A stretch of 64,000 nucleotides of DNA from an uncultured Candidatus Saccharibacteria bacterium (GCA_964577595.1 CAZNZK010000004.1:27294-91293); one strand, 5' to 3'. Shown: positions 27,986 through 38,406, counted from the stretch's first letter. Notes: a model not told the origin generated them from the sequence alone. Numbers and translations are program-made.

Positions 27986-28077
27986 AAGTACTCCTTTTGT
28001 GGTTGTTTAAAAAGTCTGCTTTCACACTACGACATTTAGCGCTTTTAAACAAGGCGCACATGGTTTATGATGTTTTT

Positions 28078-28635
28078 ATGAAGCTTATCGCTATTACAGG
28101 CACGCTTGGCGCCGGCAAGGGGGCGGTGGTTGCGTACTTGGAAGAAAAGGGTTTTAGACACTATTCGGTGCGCGAATATTTATCGCGGGAGGTTACTCGG
28201 CGCGGTTTGCCACCAACACGTGACAGTTTGCGCGATGTGGGAAATGACTTGCGTAAACAACACGGTGCCGGCTACATTATTGGCGAACTTCTCCGAGAGG
28301 CGCGGGTGGCCGGTGGTGATGCGATTATTGAATCTATCCGAGCCGCGGGCGAAGTGGCGCTTTTGCGCGCGGAGGCGCCGGAATGTATTTTGTTGGCTGT
28401 TGACGCACCTATAAAAACTCGGTACGAAAGAATTGTTGGGCGTGGCTCAAGCACCGACCACGTTAGTTTTGAAAAATTCAAAGCCGATGAAGAGCGCGAA
28501 ATGGCCGCTTCAGAGCCGTGGGACATGAATATTTCCGCCTGCATGGTCGCGGCTGACGTTCGCTTGGAAAATGGCGGCACTTTGCAAGAATTGCAGAGCC
28601 AAACCGACGCTATTTTGAAGCGTATTTCCGCCTAA
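28078..28635 (+). CDS. P-loop NTPase, putative nucleoside/nucleotide kinase (dephospho-CoA kinase / cytidylate kinase-like)
   Basis: Walker A IAITGTLGAGKGAV at the N-terminus, ~185 aa. Start at ATG 28078. Confidence 0.5.
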   Translation: MKLIAITGTLGAGKGAVVAYLEEKGFRHYSVREYLSREVTRRGLPPTRDSLRDVGNDLRKQHGAGYIIGELLREARVAGGDAIIESIRAAGEVALLRAEAPECILLAVDAPIKTRYERIVGRGSSTDHVSFEKFKADEEREMAASEPWDMNISACMVAADVRLENGGTLQELQSQTDAILKRISA

Positions 28636-28697
28636 GTTTTTACCTCATTTTTCACTTTCTTTCCAGGGGCTTTTATGCTATACTAAACGCACAACAA

Positions 28698-30833
28698 ATG
28701 GCTGAAACTAAGGATAAAACAACAAAAAAACCAGCTTCGCATTACAGCGCCGAAGACATCCAGGTTTTGGAGGGGTTAGAGCCCGTGCGCAAGCGCCCGG
28801 GCATGTATATTGGCACCACTGGGCCGGACGGCTTCCATCACCTCGTTACGGAAATTTTTGACAACTCGCGCGATGAAGCGATGGGTGGCTTTGCTAATGA
28901 TATTGAAATTGTGCTGTTGCCGGCGGCCGCTGGCGGCCTGGAGCGCGTGCGCGTGGTAGACAACGGCCGTGGTATTCCAGTGGACATGCATAAGCAAACC
29001 AAAGTGTCCGCTTTGGAAACTATTATGACCACTTTGCATGCCGGTGGAAAATTCGGCGGCGAGGGCTACAAAGTTTCCGGCGGTTTGCACGGCGTGGGCG
29101 CTTCCGTCGTGAACGCTCTTTCCGATTGGTGTCAGGTTATCGTTCATAAAAGCGATGGCACGGTGAAGAATGGTATTTACATTCAGGAATATAAGCGCGG
29201 CAAAGCGGCCTTTAAGGTAAAAAATGTTGGTTCTACAAAAAATAACGGCACCATTGTTTCTTTTGCTCCTGATTCCCAAATTTTCGGCGATCAAAAATTT
29301 GATTTCCAGCGCATCGTCAATCATATGCGCCAGCAGGCCTACTTGGTGAAGGGTTTACGTATTAGCGTTATTGACGCACGCGCCGTTACTGATACAAAAA
29401 CGCTTGCCAAGCTTGAAGAGGTTTTTTACGCTCGGGAACTTTTTGGCCAGCCTGGCTTGGATGCGCCGTCACACACCTTCTATTTTGAAGGTGGTTTGCG
29501 TTCACTGGTAAAATTCCAAAATCAGGTTTTGAAGCCGGTCCACAAAAACATTTTTTATGTTGAGAAAAAGACCAATGAGTATGAGTCGGCTGAAATCGCC
29601 TTGCAATATGTAGACGACATCGCCAGTCGCGTTTTGCCATTTGCGAACAATATCTACAACAGCGAAGGTGGCACACACGTCACTGGTTTTAAAACTGCCC
29701 TCACTCGCACCCTCAATGCCTATGGCCGCAAAAACAATCTCATTAAGGAATCCGAAGACAGCTTCACCGGTGAAGATGTTTTGGAAGGGTTGACCGCCGT
29801 CATTTCCGTTAAAATCCGCGAAATTCAGTTTGAAGGCCAAACAAAGGCCAAGCTCGGCACCGTGGAAGCACGCGGTATCGTGGAAAGTGTTTTCGGCGAA
29901 GCCTTCTCAGCCTTTTTGGAAGAAAACCCCGATGACGCCCGGGCTATTATCGGCAAGGTAGTGCTGGCTCTGAAGGCCCGCAAAGCCGCCAAGGCCGCCA
30001 AGGATTCCGTTCTGCGCAAGGGCGCTTTAGAGGGTTTTGCTTTGCCGGGCAAGCTTGCCGACTGCCAAAGTAAAGATGCATCAGAAAGCGAGCTCTTTAT
30101 TGTAGAAGGCGATTCAGCCGGTGGCACCGCCAAGCAGGGCCGCGATAGGCGCACCCAAGCCGTCCTGCCACTTCGCGGTAAAATCCTCAACGTGGAGCGT
30201 GCTCGCTTGGATAAGATGCTGGAATCGCAGGAAATCAAAAACCTGGTCATCGCCCTCGGCACGGCTATTGGCGACACTTTTGACGTCACCAAGCTCCGTT
30301 ACCACAAAATCATTATTGCTACCGATGCCGACGTTGACGGCGCCCACATTCGCACACTTTTGCTGACCCTTTTCTATCGTCATTTCCGCCCGCTCGTTGA
30401 TGGTGGCTTCATTTACATCGCCCAGCCACCGCTTTTCAAAATCAAAAAAGGCAAGGAAATTTTCTACGCCTATTCCGATGAAGAGCGAAATAAAATAATC
30501 GGTAAAGCCGACGTTGCCGAAATTGAGGAAGTAGACAGTGCAAACCCGGGCGAAGCTTCCGCCACGGAAGAAGTCGCTGGCGACGAAAAAGAGGGCGAAG
30601 CCACCAAGAAAGTCGCCAAAATTTCCATCCAGCGCTACAAGGGTTTGGGCGAAATGAATGCCGAAGAGCTCCAGGAAACCACCATGGACATCACTAAGCG
30701 CATTCTTAAAAAAGTCACCGTTGACGACGTTCAGGACGCCGACAAAATTTTTGATATCCTGATGGGTACCGATGTGCCTTCCCGCAAATCGTTCATCCAG
30801 TCCAATGCCAAAAAAGCCACTCTTGATATTTAA
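28698..30833 (+). CDS. gyrB: DNA gyrase subunit B (type IIA topoisomerase B subunit)
   Basis: GHKL ATPase N-terminus (…HLVTEIFDNSRDEAMGG…), TOPRIM (…LFIVEGDSAGG…), and a C-terminal tail. 711 aa. Confidence 0.85.
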   Translation: MAETKDKTTKKPASHYSAEDIQVLEGLEPVRKRPGMYIGTTGPDGFHHLVTEIFDNSRDEAMGGFANDIEIVLLPAAAGGLERVRVVDNGRGIPVDMHKQTKVSALETIMTTLHAGGKFGGEGYKVSGGLHGVGASVVNALSDWCQVIVHKSDGTVKNGIYIQEYKRGKAAFKVKNVGSTKNNGTIVSFAPDSQIFGDQKFDFQRIVNHMRQQAYLVKGLRISVIDARAVTDTKTLAKLEEVFYARELFGQPGLDAPSHTFYFEGGLRSLVKFQNQVLKPVHKNIFYVEKKTNEYESAEIALQYVDDIASRVLPFANNIYNSEGGTHVTGFKTALTRTLNAYGRKNNLIKESEDSFTGEDVLEGLTAVISVKIREIQFEGQTKAKLGTVEARGIVESVFGEAFSAFLEENPDDARAIIGKVVLALKARKAAKAAKDSVLRKGALEGFALPGKLADCQSKDASESELFIVEGDSAGGTAKQGRDRRTQAVLPLRGKILNVERARLDKMLESQEIKNLVIALGTAIGDTFDVTKLRYHKIIIATDADVDGAHIRTLLLTLFYRHFRPLVDGGFIYIAQPPLFKIKKGKEIFYAYSDEERNKIIGKADVAEIEEVDSANPGEASATEEVAGDEKEGEATKKVAKISIQRYKGLGEMNAEELQETTMDITKRILKKVTVDDVQDADKIFDILMGTDVPSRKSFIQSNAKKATLDI

Positions 30834-31470
30834 ATTCCTCGGCATTGCCGCCGCAGTATTCATTGTTACTTTCATTGTGTTTTACCTGGTTGGTGCGGTT
30901 CCAGCCGAATTTCAATTTTTTACGGAAACGCCAACCTATCAGCCGCCGACTATCTCGATAACAGCTACCAGCACTAACGGCAAGCCGGTCACTCAGTCCA
31001 GTCAGCCGGTTGTTGTAAATGGCTTTTTCGCCGGCGCAAATTTCCCAGAACGCATCATTATTCCTTCTATTAGCGTTAATAGCGTGGTGCTCAACCCGCA
31101 AACCACCGACGTGGTCGCGCTCGATGACTTGCTTTTGAAAGGCGCGGTGCGTTACCCAACTTCCGGCCAGCTAGGGCAGGGAACCGTTTTCATTTTCGGC
31201 CATAACACCGGCTTGGCCGCTTTTAATCCGGCCTATAAAACTTTTAACGGCTTGCGTACTATAAAAAATGGCGCGCAAATAGAAGTTGATTCCGCCAGCG
31301 CCCGCTACTTTTACACCGTCACTTCACTTGAATTGGTAGACAGCGACACGGCATATGTGAACGTTTCCGCTACCGATAACGAGCTAGTTATTGCCACCTG
31401 CAATGTTTTCGGCGCCAAGGAACAGCGCTATGTAGTGCATGCGGCTCCGGCGGGGCAAAGCGCTCTGTAA
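30805..31470 (+). CDS. Sortase-family transpeptidase
   Basis: N-terminal TM anchor, His in IFGHNTGLAAF, Cys in LVIATC, Arg in RYVV. Its start overlaps the gyrB end. Confidence 0.7.
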   Translation: MPKKPLLIFKFLGIAAAVFIVTFIVFYLVGAVPAEFQFFTETPTYQPPTISITATSTNGKPVTQSSQPVVVNGFFAGANFPERIIIPSISVNSVVLNPQTTDVVALDDLLLKGAVRYPTSGQLGQGTVFIFGHNTGLAAFNPAYKTFNGLRTIKNGAQIEVDSASARYFYTVTSLELVDSDTAYVNVSATDNELVIATCNVFGAKEQRYVVHAAPAGQSAL

Positions 31471-31536
31471 AGAAGCGCTTGACAGCGTACTTATATATGT
31501 TATAATGGTTAGGTTCAGGTTAAATGAACAAACATT

Positions 31537-32565
31537 ATGACCAAAAAACTCATATTTACAGCCATTATTTGTGCCATCGTTGTTGGCGCTTTCAGCGTGT
31601 CTGTTTCTAACGCCTCAGCCTGTAGCTCAGGTTGCTATGGTTACGGAAACCATTATACGTACGATTACGATCACACTTCTAATTGTAGCTGTACTCATCC
31701 AACACCGGCTCCAACGCCTGCGCCTACTCCAGTGCCCCCGCCGGTAGTTACTCCGCCGGTCTACAATCCTCCGGTATATAACCCGCCCGTTTACAATCCT
31801 CCTGTCTATAACCCACCTGTATACAATCCACCAGTGTATAACCCTCCGGTCTACAATCCTCCGGTTGTTTACCAAGCTCCGATTGTGTATCAGGCCCCGA
31901 TTGTCTACCAAGCTCCAGTTATCCAAACGTATGCTCCGCTTAGCGTAACATGTCAGGCTAATCCCGTTCACGCTACTGTTGGTAGCACGATTACGTGGAC
32001 GGCCATCATCTCTGGTGGTAATGATTCCTACAATGGTTACAATTCCTACGGTTATAACACCTATAACCCGTACAATAACGGTAGCTACTACAATGATTCG
32101 TACAACGGTTCCTATAACGGCGGTTACTCCCTCACCTGGACCGGTACTGATGGTTTGGGTAACAATGGCAGTACGATCATTTCCAAGACCTATGTGACTC
32201 CGGGCCAGAAAGTGGCCACTGTCACGGTTTACGAAAATGGTCAGAATGTGACTGCTAGCTGTGCCAGCTATGTTGGTGCGCCTATCGTCACTCCGTATGG
32301 TGGTTCTACACAGCGTGTCTACTTGAATCAGGTTCCGTATACCGGTGCCGGTAGTACTACGAAGGTTGTTCTCTTTCTTGCCATTATGGCCGCTTGGAGC
32401 GCCTTGGTTGCTTACGTCATTATGAAGCGCCGCGCCTCTGCCACTTCCACGACTGCCCGTTTGGCCGCCGCCGGTATCACTACGACAGCCGCTCCCACTG
32501 CAGAAACTTCCAGCAACTTCTTGACCAACTACGTCGCCAAGCTTCGTAATCAGGCCAATCAGTAA
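31537..32565 (+). CDS. Secreted surface protein with Pro-rich tandem repeats and a C-terminal sorting-signal-like segment (VPYTG + TM + KRR)
   Basis: Signal peptide; (PPVYN)x7; (YQAPIV)x3; a Tyr/Asn/Gly-rich block; then LNQVPYTGAGSTTK-VVLFLAIMAAWSALVAYVIM-KRR and a further ~40-aa tail. Confidence 0.65.
   Translation: MTKKLIFTAIICAIVVGAFSVSVSNASACSSGCYGYGNHYTYDYDHTSNCSCTHPTPAPTPAPTPVPPPVVTPPVYNPPVYNPPVYNPPVYNPPVYNPPVYNPPVYNPPVVYQAPIVYQAPIVYQAPVIQTYAPLSVTCQANPVHATVGSTITWTAIISGGNDSYNGYNSYGYNTYNPYNNGSYYNDSYNGSYNGGYSLTWTGTDGLGNNGSTIISKTYVTPGQKVATVTVYENGQNVTASCASYVGAPIVTPYGGSTQRVYLNQVPYTGAGSTTKVVLFLAIMAAWSALVAYVIMKRRASATSTTARLAAAGITTTAAPTAETSSNFLTNYVAKLRNQANQ
31754..31920 (+). repeat. Coding tandem repeats: seven 15-nt units (PPVYN) then three 18-nt units (YQAPIV)
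   Basis: ccnccngtntayaay units read directly from the sequence. Confidence 0.8.
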
Positions 32566-32588
32566 AACTAAATTATTATAAAACAAAA

Positions 32589-32613
32589 TCCGCCCTCACA
32601 AGGGGTGGATTTT
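32589..32613. terminator. Bidirectional intrinsic terminator between the surface-protein gene and thrS
   Basis: ATCCGCCC-TCACAA-GGGGTGGAT with T-runs on both strands. Confidence 0.55.
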
Positions 32614-32614
32614 G

Positions 32615-34372
32615 CTATGCTTTGTTTTTGATTTCAGCTTGTAGTTTTCCAAGAACTTCATCCAACGCAAATTGGCCCAATGGGCCTTTGTCGCGACTTT
32701 CCAGTGTTACTTTTTTGGCTTCTATATCTTTATCACCAATAATAATAAAGTAGGGGATTTTTTGTTCCTTAGCAGCGCGGACTTTTTTGCCCATGTTGGC
32801 GTCACTTTCATCACACTTCGCGCGGATGCCGGCGGTCACAAGCGCTTCGGTTACTTCTTTTGCTGTTGCTGTATGCTCATCACGAACGGGAATAACTGAA
32901 ACCTGTACGGGTGAAAGCCAGAGTGGGAAGTTGCCGGCAAGGTGCTCAATAAGCGTAGCCATGAAGCGCTCAATAGAACCCATGATGGCGCAGTGAATCA
33001 TGACGATGGGCTCTTTCTCGCTTTTCTCATTGATGCAGTAGAGGCCGAAACGCTCGGGCATGTTGAAATCGAGCTGAATGGTAGCTACTTGCAGGACGCG
33101 GCCGAGCGAGTCGTGGGCAATGAAGTCAATTTTCGGGCCATACATGGCCGCTTCGCCCTTGCCGTCTATATAGTTTTTGACGCCGCGCTTTTCAATGATT
33201 GCTTTAATTTGATCCTCGGCGCGTTGCCAGGTTTCTTTGGTGCCGATGTATTTCTCAAAATGGTCCGGGTCGTGGCGGGACATGCGGATTTGCAGATTCT
33301 TGAAGCCGAAGGTGGTGTAGAACGTATCAATAATGTCCCAAATGGCGAACATTTCCTGTTCTATTTGGGAGGCGCGGCAGAAAACGTGGGCGTCGTCTTG
33401 AGTGATGGAGCGGACACGCGAAAGGCCGGAAAGCTCGCCGCTTTGCTCGTCGCGGTAAACCATGGTGGTTTCAGCATAGCGCTGGGGCATGTCGCGGTAG
33501 CTGTGTTGCTCGGAAGCAAAAATTTGCGTGTGGTGCGGGCAATTCATGGGCTTCATGGCAAAAACATGGCCTTCGCGGGTGTTGATTTTAAAGAGTTCGT
33601 CTTTGAATTTTGCCCAGTGGCCGGAGGTTTCGTAAAGTTCTTTTTTTGTAATGTGGGGGATGGTCACTTTTTGGTAGCCCTTAGCTTTGCGCAGTTCCCA
33701 GACGTAGTCGTTCAAAAGCTCACGGATGAACGTACCTTTGGGTGTCCAGAGGGGCAGACCACTTCCGACGAGGTCGGAAAAAACAAAAAGCCCCATTTCT
33801 TTGCCGATTTTTTTATGGTCGCGTTTTTTAGCTTCTTCTTGGGTGGCGAGGTATTCGTCCAACTCTTTTTTAGTGGCGAAAGCGAGGCCGTAAATGCGGG
33901 TGAGCATTTTATTCTTTTCGTCACCGCGCCAATAGGCACCGGCAATGCGCTCTAGTTTGAAAGATTCCGGATTAATACTTTGTGCATCCTCTACGTGGCC
34001 ACCGCGGCACAAGTCGGTAAAACGGCCAGAGGTATAAAGGGTGATTTTCTCGCCCTTGCTGACAATTTCATCTATGAGCTCAAGTTTGTAGGGGTTGCCC
34101 TTAAAATGTTCGCGAGCTTCCTTTTCGGTAACTTCTTTGGCGTCAAAAGACTTCCAGTCTTTGAGCGTCTCGCGCATCTTTTTCTCAATTTTAGGCAGAT
34201 CTTTTTCAGTGATTGGCTCTTTGAATTCAAAATCGTAGTAAAAACCATTATCAACAGCAGGGCCAATGGTGTTTTTTGTTTCTGGCCAAAGGCGCAGAAC
34301 TGCCGCCGCCAAAAGGTGGGCGAGGGAGTGGCGAGCGTGCTCAAGGTTTTGAGAGTTGTCAGAATTTTTCAT
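32615..34372 (-). CDS. thrS: Threonine--tRNA ligase (short form lacking the N-terminal TGS region)
   Basis: Class II core motifs (…HCAIMGSIERFMATLIEHLAGNFPLWLSPVQ…) and a C-terminal anticodon-binding domain. It uses TAG as its stop. Confidence 0.9.
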   Translation of the reverse strand: MKNSDNSQNLEHARHSLAHLLAAAVLRLWPETKNTIGPAVDNGFYYDFEFKEPITEKDLPKIEKKMRETLKDWKSFDAKEVTEKEAREHFKGNPYKLELIDEIVSKGEKITLYTSGRFTDLCRGGHVEDAQSINPESFKLERIAGAYWRGDEKNKMLTRIYGLAFATKKELDEYLATQEEAKKRDHKKIGKEMGLFVFSDLVGSGLPLWTPKGTFIRELLNDYVWELRKAKGYQKVTIPHITKKELYETSGHWAKFKDELFKINTREGHVFAMKPMNCPHHTQIFASEQHSYRDMPQRYAETTMVYRDEQSGELSGLSRVRSITQDDAHVFCRASQIEQEMFAIWDIIDTFYTTFGFKNLQIRMSRHDPDHFEKYIGTKETWQRAEDQIKAIIEKRGVKNYIDGKGEAAMYGPKIDFIAHDSLGRVLQVATIQLDFNMPERFGLYCINEKSEKEPIVMIHCAIMGSIERFMATLIEHLAGNFPLWLSPVQVSVIPVRDEHTATAKEVTEALVTAGIRAKCDESDANMGKKVRAAKEQKIPYFIIIGDKDIEAKKVTLESRDKGPLGQFALDEVLGKLQAEIKNKA

Positions 34373-34599
34373 ATGGTTGTAATTGGTTTACATCATACCA
34401 GTTTTGTTTTCCATTTAAAAGTGACACTTGCGCATAAAAATTTCATGGTAAAATAGAGGCACAACAGTTCCCAACTCCTTCGCTTTTGCCAAAACGTGTG
34501 TTGTAGTGCTCGTTTTTAACAAAACTTTATGAATCATTGATGAGAATTTTAACTACGAGTGTTTATAATTGCGCCATTACCAAGTAATTACTAAAAACT

Positions 34600-34992
34600 A
34601 TGCCTACACTACAGGATGTTGTAAACAAAATAGACGGTCTTCCTACGAAGCAAGATGTTATAAGTATAATAGACAGTAAGATAGGGGGTCTTGCAACCAA
34701 GCAAGATGTCATGAATAAAATAGATGGTCTCGCAACCAAGCAAGATGTTACGAATAAGAGGCTAGATGGTCTCGCGGCAAAGCAGGATGCTATGAGTAAG
34801 CAGATTAGCGATTTTGTGGCTATAACCGAACAGCGGTTTAATGATGTGGATAACCGTCTTGATGTGATTGAAACAATTTCGGCTCAAATGCAGGAGGTGT
34901 TACAAGAAAAGTTTGTCAAAATAGATACCCTTACCACTTCAATCGTAAAACACGAAAAGCGGATTTTGAAACTGGAAACAAAGTGTGCCTAA
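34600..34992 (+). CDS. Hypothetical coiled-coil protein with four KIDGL(A/P)TKQDV repeats
   Basis: 130 aa with ~33-nt coding repeats. Confidence 0.45.
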   Translation: MPTLQDVVNKIDGLPTKQDVISIIDSKIGGLATKQDVMNKIDGLATKQDVTNKRLDGLAAKQDAMSKQISDFVAITEQRFNDVDNRLDVIETISAQMQEVLQEKFVKIDTLTTSIVKHEKRILKLETKCA

Positions 34993-34995
34993 AAC

Positions 34996-37900
34996 TTACA
35001 GCGCTTTAGCTTTTTCCACAATTATAGAGGGTGCGTCGTTGCGCTTGGAGAGGCGGCCTTTCAAGGCCACGCAGGTGTCGGGCATAAAAAGCTCGGGGTA
35101 GAGCTTAAGGGTTTTGGGGAACACAACACCTTCTATGTTGCCGGTATAATCACCCACTTTTATAAAAAGCATTTTCTCATTATTTTTGGTGGCGAACTGT
35201 TTGACCTCTTCAAGGATGCCATACACAACAATGGTTGCGCCCTCGGGCATTTCGCGGAGCCGGCTTATGGGCGCACCGCTGCCGTCTTTTTCCTTCGCTT
35301 CAAGTTTCTCGCGGTGCTTATCAAGCGGGTGGCCGGAAATGTAGAGGCCGAGCAACTCTTTTTCCCAGGCAAGCTTTTCAGTAGGGTTGGCAACCGCCAT
35401 TTGCTTAAGGCGCAGGGTGGGTACGCTTGAGGAGTCGCTCATGAGGGCGAAAAGCGAATCCTCGGCGCTGGCTGTTTTGGCTGCCTCTTTATTGTAGGCA
35501 AGCAAGTCGTCTATGTTACCAATGAGCTGGCCACGTTCGCATTTTTCATCATTGCCGGAAAGAGAGAGTTGGTCAAAGGCACCGGCCTTAATGAGTGATT
35601 CCAGTGATTTTTTATTGAGGTTGCGATCCTTGATGCGGTTAAGAAAATCGGTGAGCGATTTAAAGTGGCCGCCGGCTTTGCGTTCGGCAATAATAATATC
35701 GGCAATGCCTTCGCCAACATTCTTGACGGTATAGAGGCCGAAGCGGATTGCATCACTATTTGCGGGGTCAGGCACCGCCGCGGAGCCTGACCCCTTTGAC
35801 CCTTTAATAACGGTGAAGCCGCCAAAACTCTCGTTAATGTCTGGCGGCAGAACGGGGATTTTCATATGCTTGCACTCGGCAATAGTTTCGGCAATAGTTT
35901 CAATGTTGCCGCTTTCAGCAGTTAAAACAGCGCACATATACACGGCGGGGAAGTTGGCCTTCATGTAGGCGGTTTGGTAGGCGACGCGGCCGTAGCTGGC
36001 GGCATGAGCTTTGTTAAAACCGTAGGCGGCAAATGGTTCAATCAGCTTCCAAATAGTTTCGGCTTTTTCCTGCTTCATACCGTGCGAAAGTAGGCCCTTC
36101 ATAAGCTTGTCTTTTTCGGCCTGCATAACTTCCGGAATTTTCTTACCCATGGCCTTGCGGAATTTGTCGGCTTCAAGCCAGGAGTAGCCGGCGAGCTTAA
36201 TGGCGGTCAAAAGCACATCGTCTTGGTATACAAGCAAGCCGTAGGAAAAATCCAAATACTCCTTCATACGCGGGTCTAAATAACGCACCAGGGCCGGATT
36301 ATGCTTACGCTCAATGTATTGCGGAATAACTTCCATTGGGCCCGGGCGATAGAGGGCAACCATGGCGTTGATGTCGTGAATGGTGCTCGGTTTCAGTTCT
36401 TTCAAAAAGCGGGTCATGCCGGAGCCGTTGAGCTGGAAGAGGCCAATGGTTTCGCCGCGGGCGAGCATTTCAAAAGTTTTTTTGTCGTCCAGGGGAATGT
36501 GTTCAATATCCACGTCGGCATTCTCAACTTTTTTAGCCAAGTGAACGGCGTCGGAAAGAATGGCCAGGTTGCGAATGCCAAGGAAGTCGAATTTGAGCAA
36601 GCCAGCATCCTCAACCGACCACATATCATATTGCGTGATGATTTTTCCGCCCGTACCATCGCCGGCACTCTTTGGGTCAATTTGAAGTGGTACGAAATCG
36701 GTGAGGGCGGTTGGGGCCATAACCACACCGGCGGCATGCACGGAAATGTGACGGGCCCGGCCTTCAATTTTAAGGGCAATATCCATGATTTCACGCACTT
36801 CCGTTTCTTTGTCATAGCTTTTTTTAAGCTCCGGTTCCAATTCCATAGCCTTTTCCAGCGTCATGGGAAAACCCTGCGAGCCCATGGGAATGAGCTTGGC
36901 CAGACGGTCGCCCACGGTGTAGGGGTAGCCAAGGGCGCGGGCGATGTCGCGCACGGAGCCGCGGGCCATCATGGTGCCGAACGTACCGATTTGAGCGACC
37001 TTGTCGTAGCCGTATTTTTTCTTGGCATACTCAATCATCTCGTCGCGACGATTATCGGCGTAGTCCATGTCAATATCGGGCGCGCTCGGGCGTTCGGGGT
37101 TCAAGAAGCGTTCAAATGGCAACTTATATTCCAACGGGTCCACATTCGTGATGCCGGCCAGGTAGGTCACAAGCGAACCGGCAACCGAACCTCTAATAGT
37201 GGTAAAAATGCCTTCCTGGTGGGCGTGATTGAGAAGGTCGGCAACTACGAGGAAGTATGGCGAATAGCCTTTGGTCTTAATAATCTCCAGCTCGTACTCC
37301 ATGCGGTCACGGACTTTTTTGAGTTCGGCCGCGTCGGTATATTTTTCGTCAAATTTTCGCTTGTGAAAACCGGTTTCCACAAGTTGGCGCAAAGCGTCGT
37401 CCGCGGAAGCTACGCCTGGCGGCAAGTCAAATTTCGGAAAGAACCATTTGCCCAGGGTAATTTCTACGTTGCACATGTCGGCTATTTTAGCCGTGTTGAG
37501 AATTGCTTCGGGGTGGTGTTTGAAAAACTTTTCTGCCTGTTCGGGAGAAATAAAAGAAAAATCCTCCTCCACATCTTCAAAACCACCGCGCTCCAGAGCA
37601 TCGCCATCGTGCTGGATAGACATAAGCGTCTCGCGGGCCAAATGGTCGCTTGGCGACAAGTAATAGGTGTCGTGCGCGGCCACGAGCGGCACCTCGGCAC
37701 TTTTGGCAAATGCCACCAATTTTTTCATCGCCTCTTCGTGATTAGGGATTTCGGGGTGGTGGGTGAGCTCTATATAGAAGCGGTCGGGGCCAAAAAGCTT
37801 TTTGTAATAGTCCGCCAACTCCTGTGCCTTCGCTTGGTCGCCCATTTTGAGCGCCGCCACAATGTCGCCCGAAAACGACGGTGAAATGCAAATCAGTCCC

Positions 37901-38292
37901 TCGGAATATTTTTCCAAAAGCTCGCGGTCAATGCGCGGCTTGTAGTAAAAACCCTCCAAATACGAATCGGTAACCAGCTTAATGAGATTTTTATAGCCCA
38001 CATTGCTCATGGCTAAGAGCACCAGGCGGTTGCGCTTGTTATCTACACCCGTTTGTTTATCGGCACGGGTGCGGGCGGCAAGGTAGGCATCAACGCCGAT
38101 GATGGCTTTTATGCCGGCGCTCTTGCATTCTTTATAAAATTCAATAGCGCCATAGAGATTGCCGTTATCGGTCAGCGCCAAAGCAGTCATTCCGTGCTTT
38201 TTAGCCGCTTCCACGAGCTCGTCAATTTTTGGCAAGGCCGAAAGCAGGGAATAGTGCGAATGCACATGCAGATGGACGAAACGTGAAGTCAT
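34996..38292 (-). CDS. dnaE: DNA polymerase III alpha subunit
   Basis: 1098 aa with an N-terminal PHP domain (MTSRFVHLHVHSHYSLL), the polymerase core, and an OB fold. Confidence 0.9.
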   Translation of the reverse strand: MTSRFVHLHVHSHYSLLSALPKIDELVEAAKKHGMTALALTDNGNLYGAIEFYKECKSAGIKAIIGVDAYLAARTRADKQTGVDNKRNRLVLLAMSNVGYKNLIKLVTDSYLEGFYYKPRIDRELLEKYSEGLICISPSFSGDIVAALKMGDQAKAQELADYYKKLFGPDRFYIELTHHPEIPNHEEAMKKLVAFAKSAEVPLVAAHDTYYLSPSDHLARETLMSIQHDGDALERGGFEDVEEDFSFISPEQAEKFFKHHPEAILNTAKIADMCNVEITLGKWFFPKFDLPPGVASADDALRQLVETGFHKRKFDEKYTDAAELKKVRDRMEYELEIIKTKGYSPYFLVVADLLNHAHQEGIFTTIRGSVAGSLVTYLAGITNVDPLEYKLPFERFLNPERPSAPDIDMDYADNRRDEMIEYAKKKYGYDKVAQIGTFGTMMARGSVRDIARALGYPYTVGDRLAKLIPMGSQGFPMTLEKAMELEPELKKSYDKETEVREIMDIALKIEGRARHISVHAAGVVMAPTALTDFVPLQIDPKSAGDGTGGKIITQYDMWSVEDAGLLKFDFLGIRNLAILSDAVHLAKKVENADVDIEHIPLDDKKTFEMLARGETIGLFQLNGSGMTRFLKELKPSTIHDINAMVALYRPGPMEVIPQYIERKHNPALVRYLDPRMKEYLDFSYGLLVYQDDVLLTAIKLAGYSWLEADKFRKAMGKKIPEVMQAEKDKLMKGLLSHGMKQEKAETIWKLIEPFAAYGFNKAHAASYGRVAYQTAYMKANFPAVYMCAVLTAESGNIETIAETIAECKHMKIPVLPPDINESFGGFTVIKGSKGSGSAAVPDPANSDAIRFGLYTVKNVGEGIADIIIAERKAGGHFKSLTDFLNRIKDRNLNKKSLESLIKAGAFDQLSLSGNDEKCERGQLIGNIDDLLAYNKEAAKTASAEDSLFALMSDSSSVPTLRLKQMAVANPTEKLAWEKELLGLYISGHPLDKHREKLEAKEKDGSGAPISRLREMPEGATIVVYGILEEVKQFATKNNEKMLFIKVGDYTGNIEGVVFPKTLKLYPELFMPDTCVALKGRLSKRNDAPSIIVEKAKAL

Positions 38293-38406
38293 AGAGCGAT
38301 TATAACAGAATTTTGCCGAGATAAAATCGAGATAAAATTTTTCTCAAATGAAAATAAAGAAGCCCTGGTGATTGGCCAGGGCTCTTTGCGATTGGGTTTG
38401 GGATGC

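Noticed and set aside
28776-29324. 182-aa minus-strand ORF (also 29502..29840 and 30114..30875)
   Set aside because: All are antisense to gyrB, whose motifs are unambiguous.
36301-37884. 527-aa ORF on the plus strand
   Set aside because: Antisense to dnaE. Gly/Val/His-rich low-complexity translation typical of a GC-rich gene shadow.
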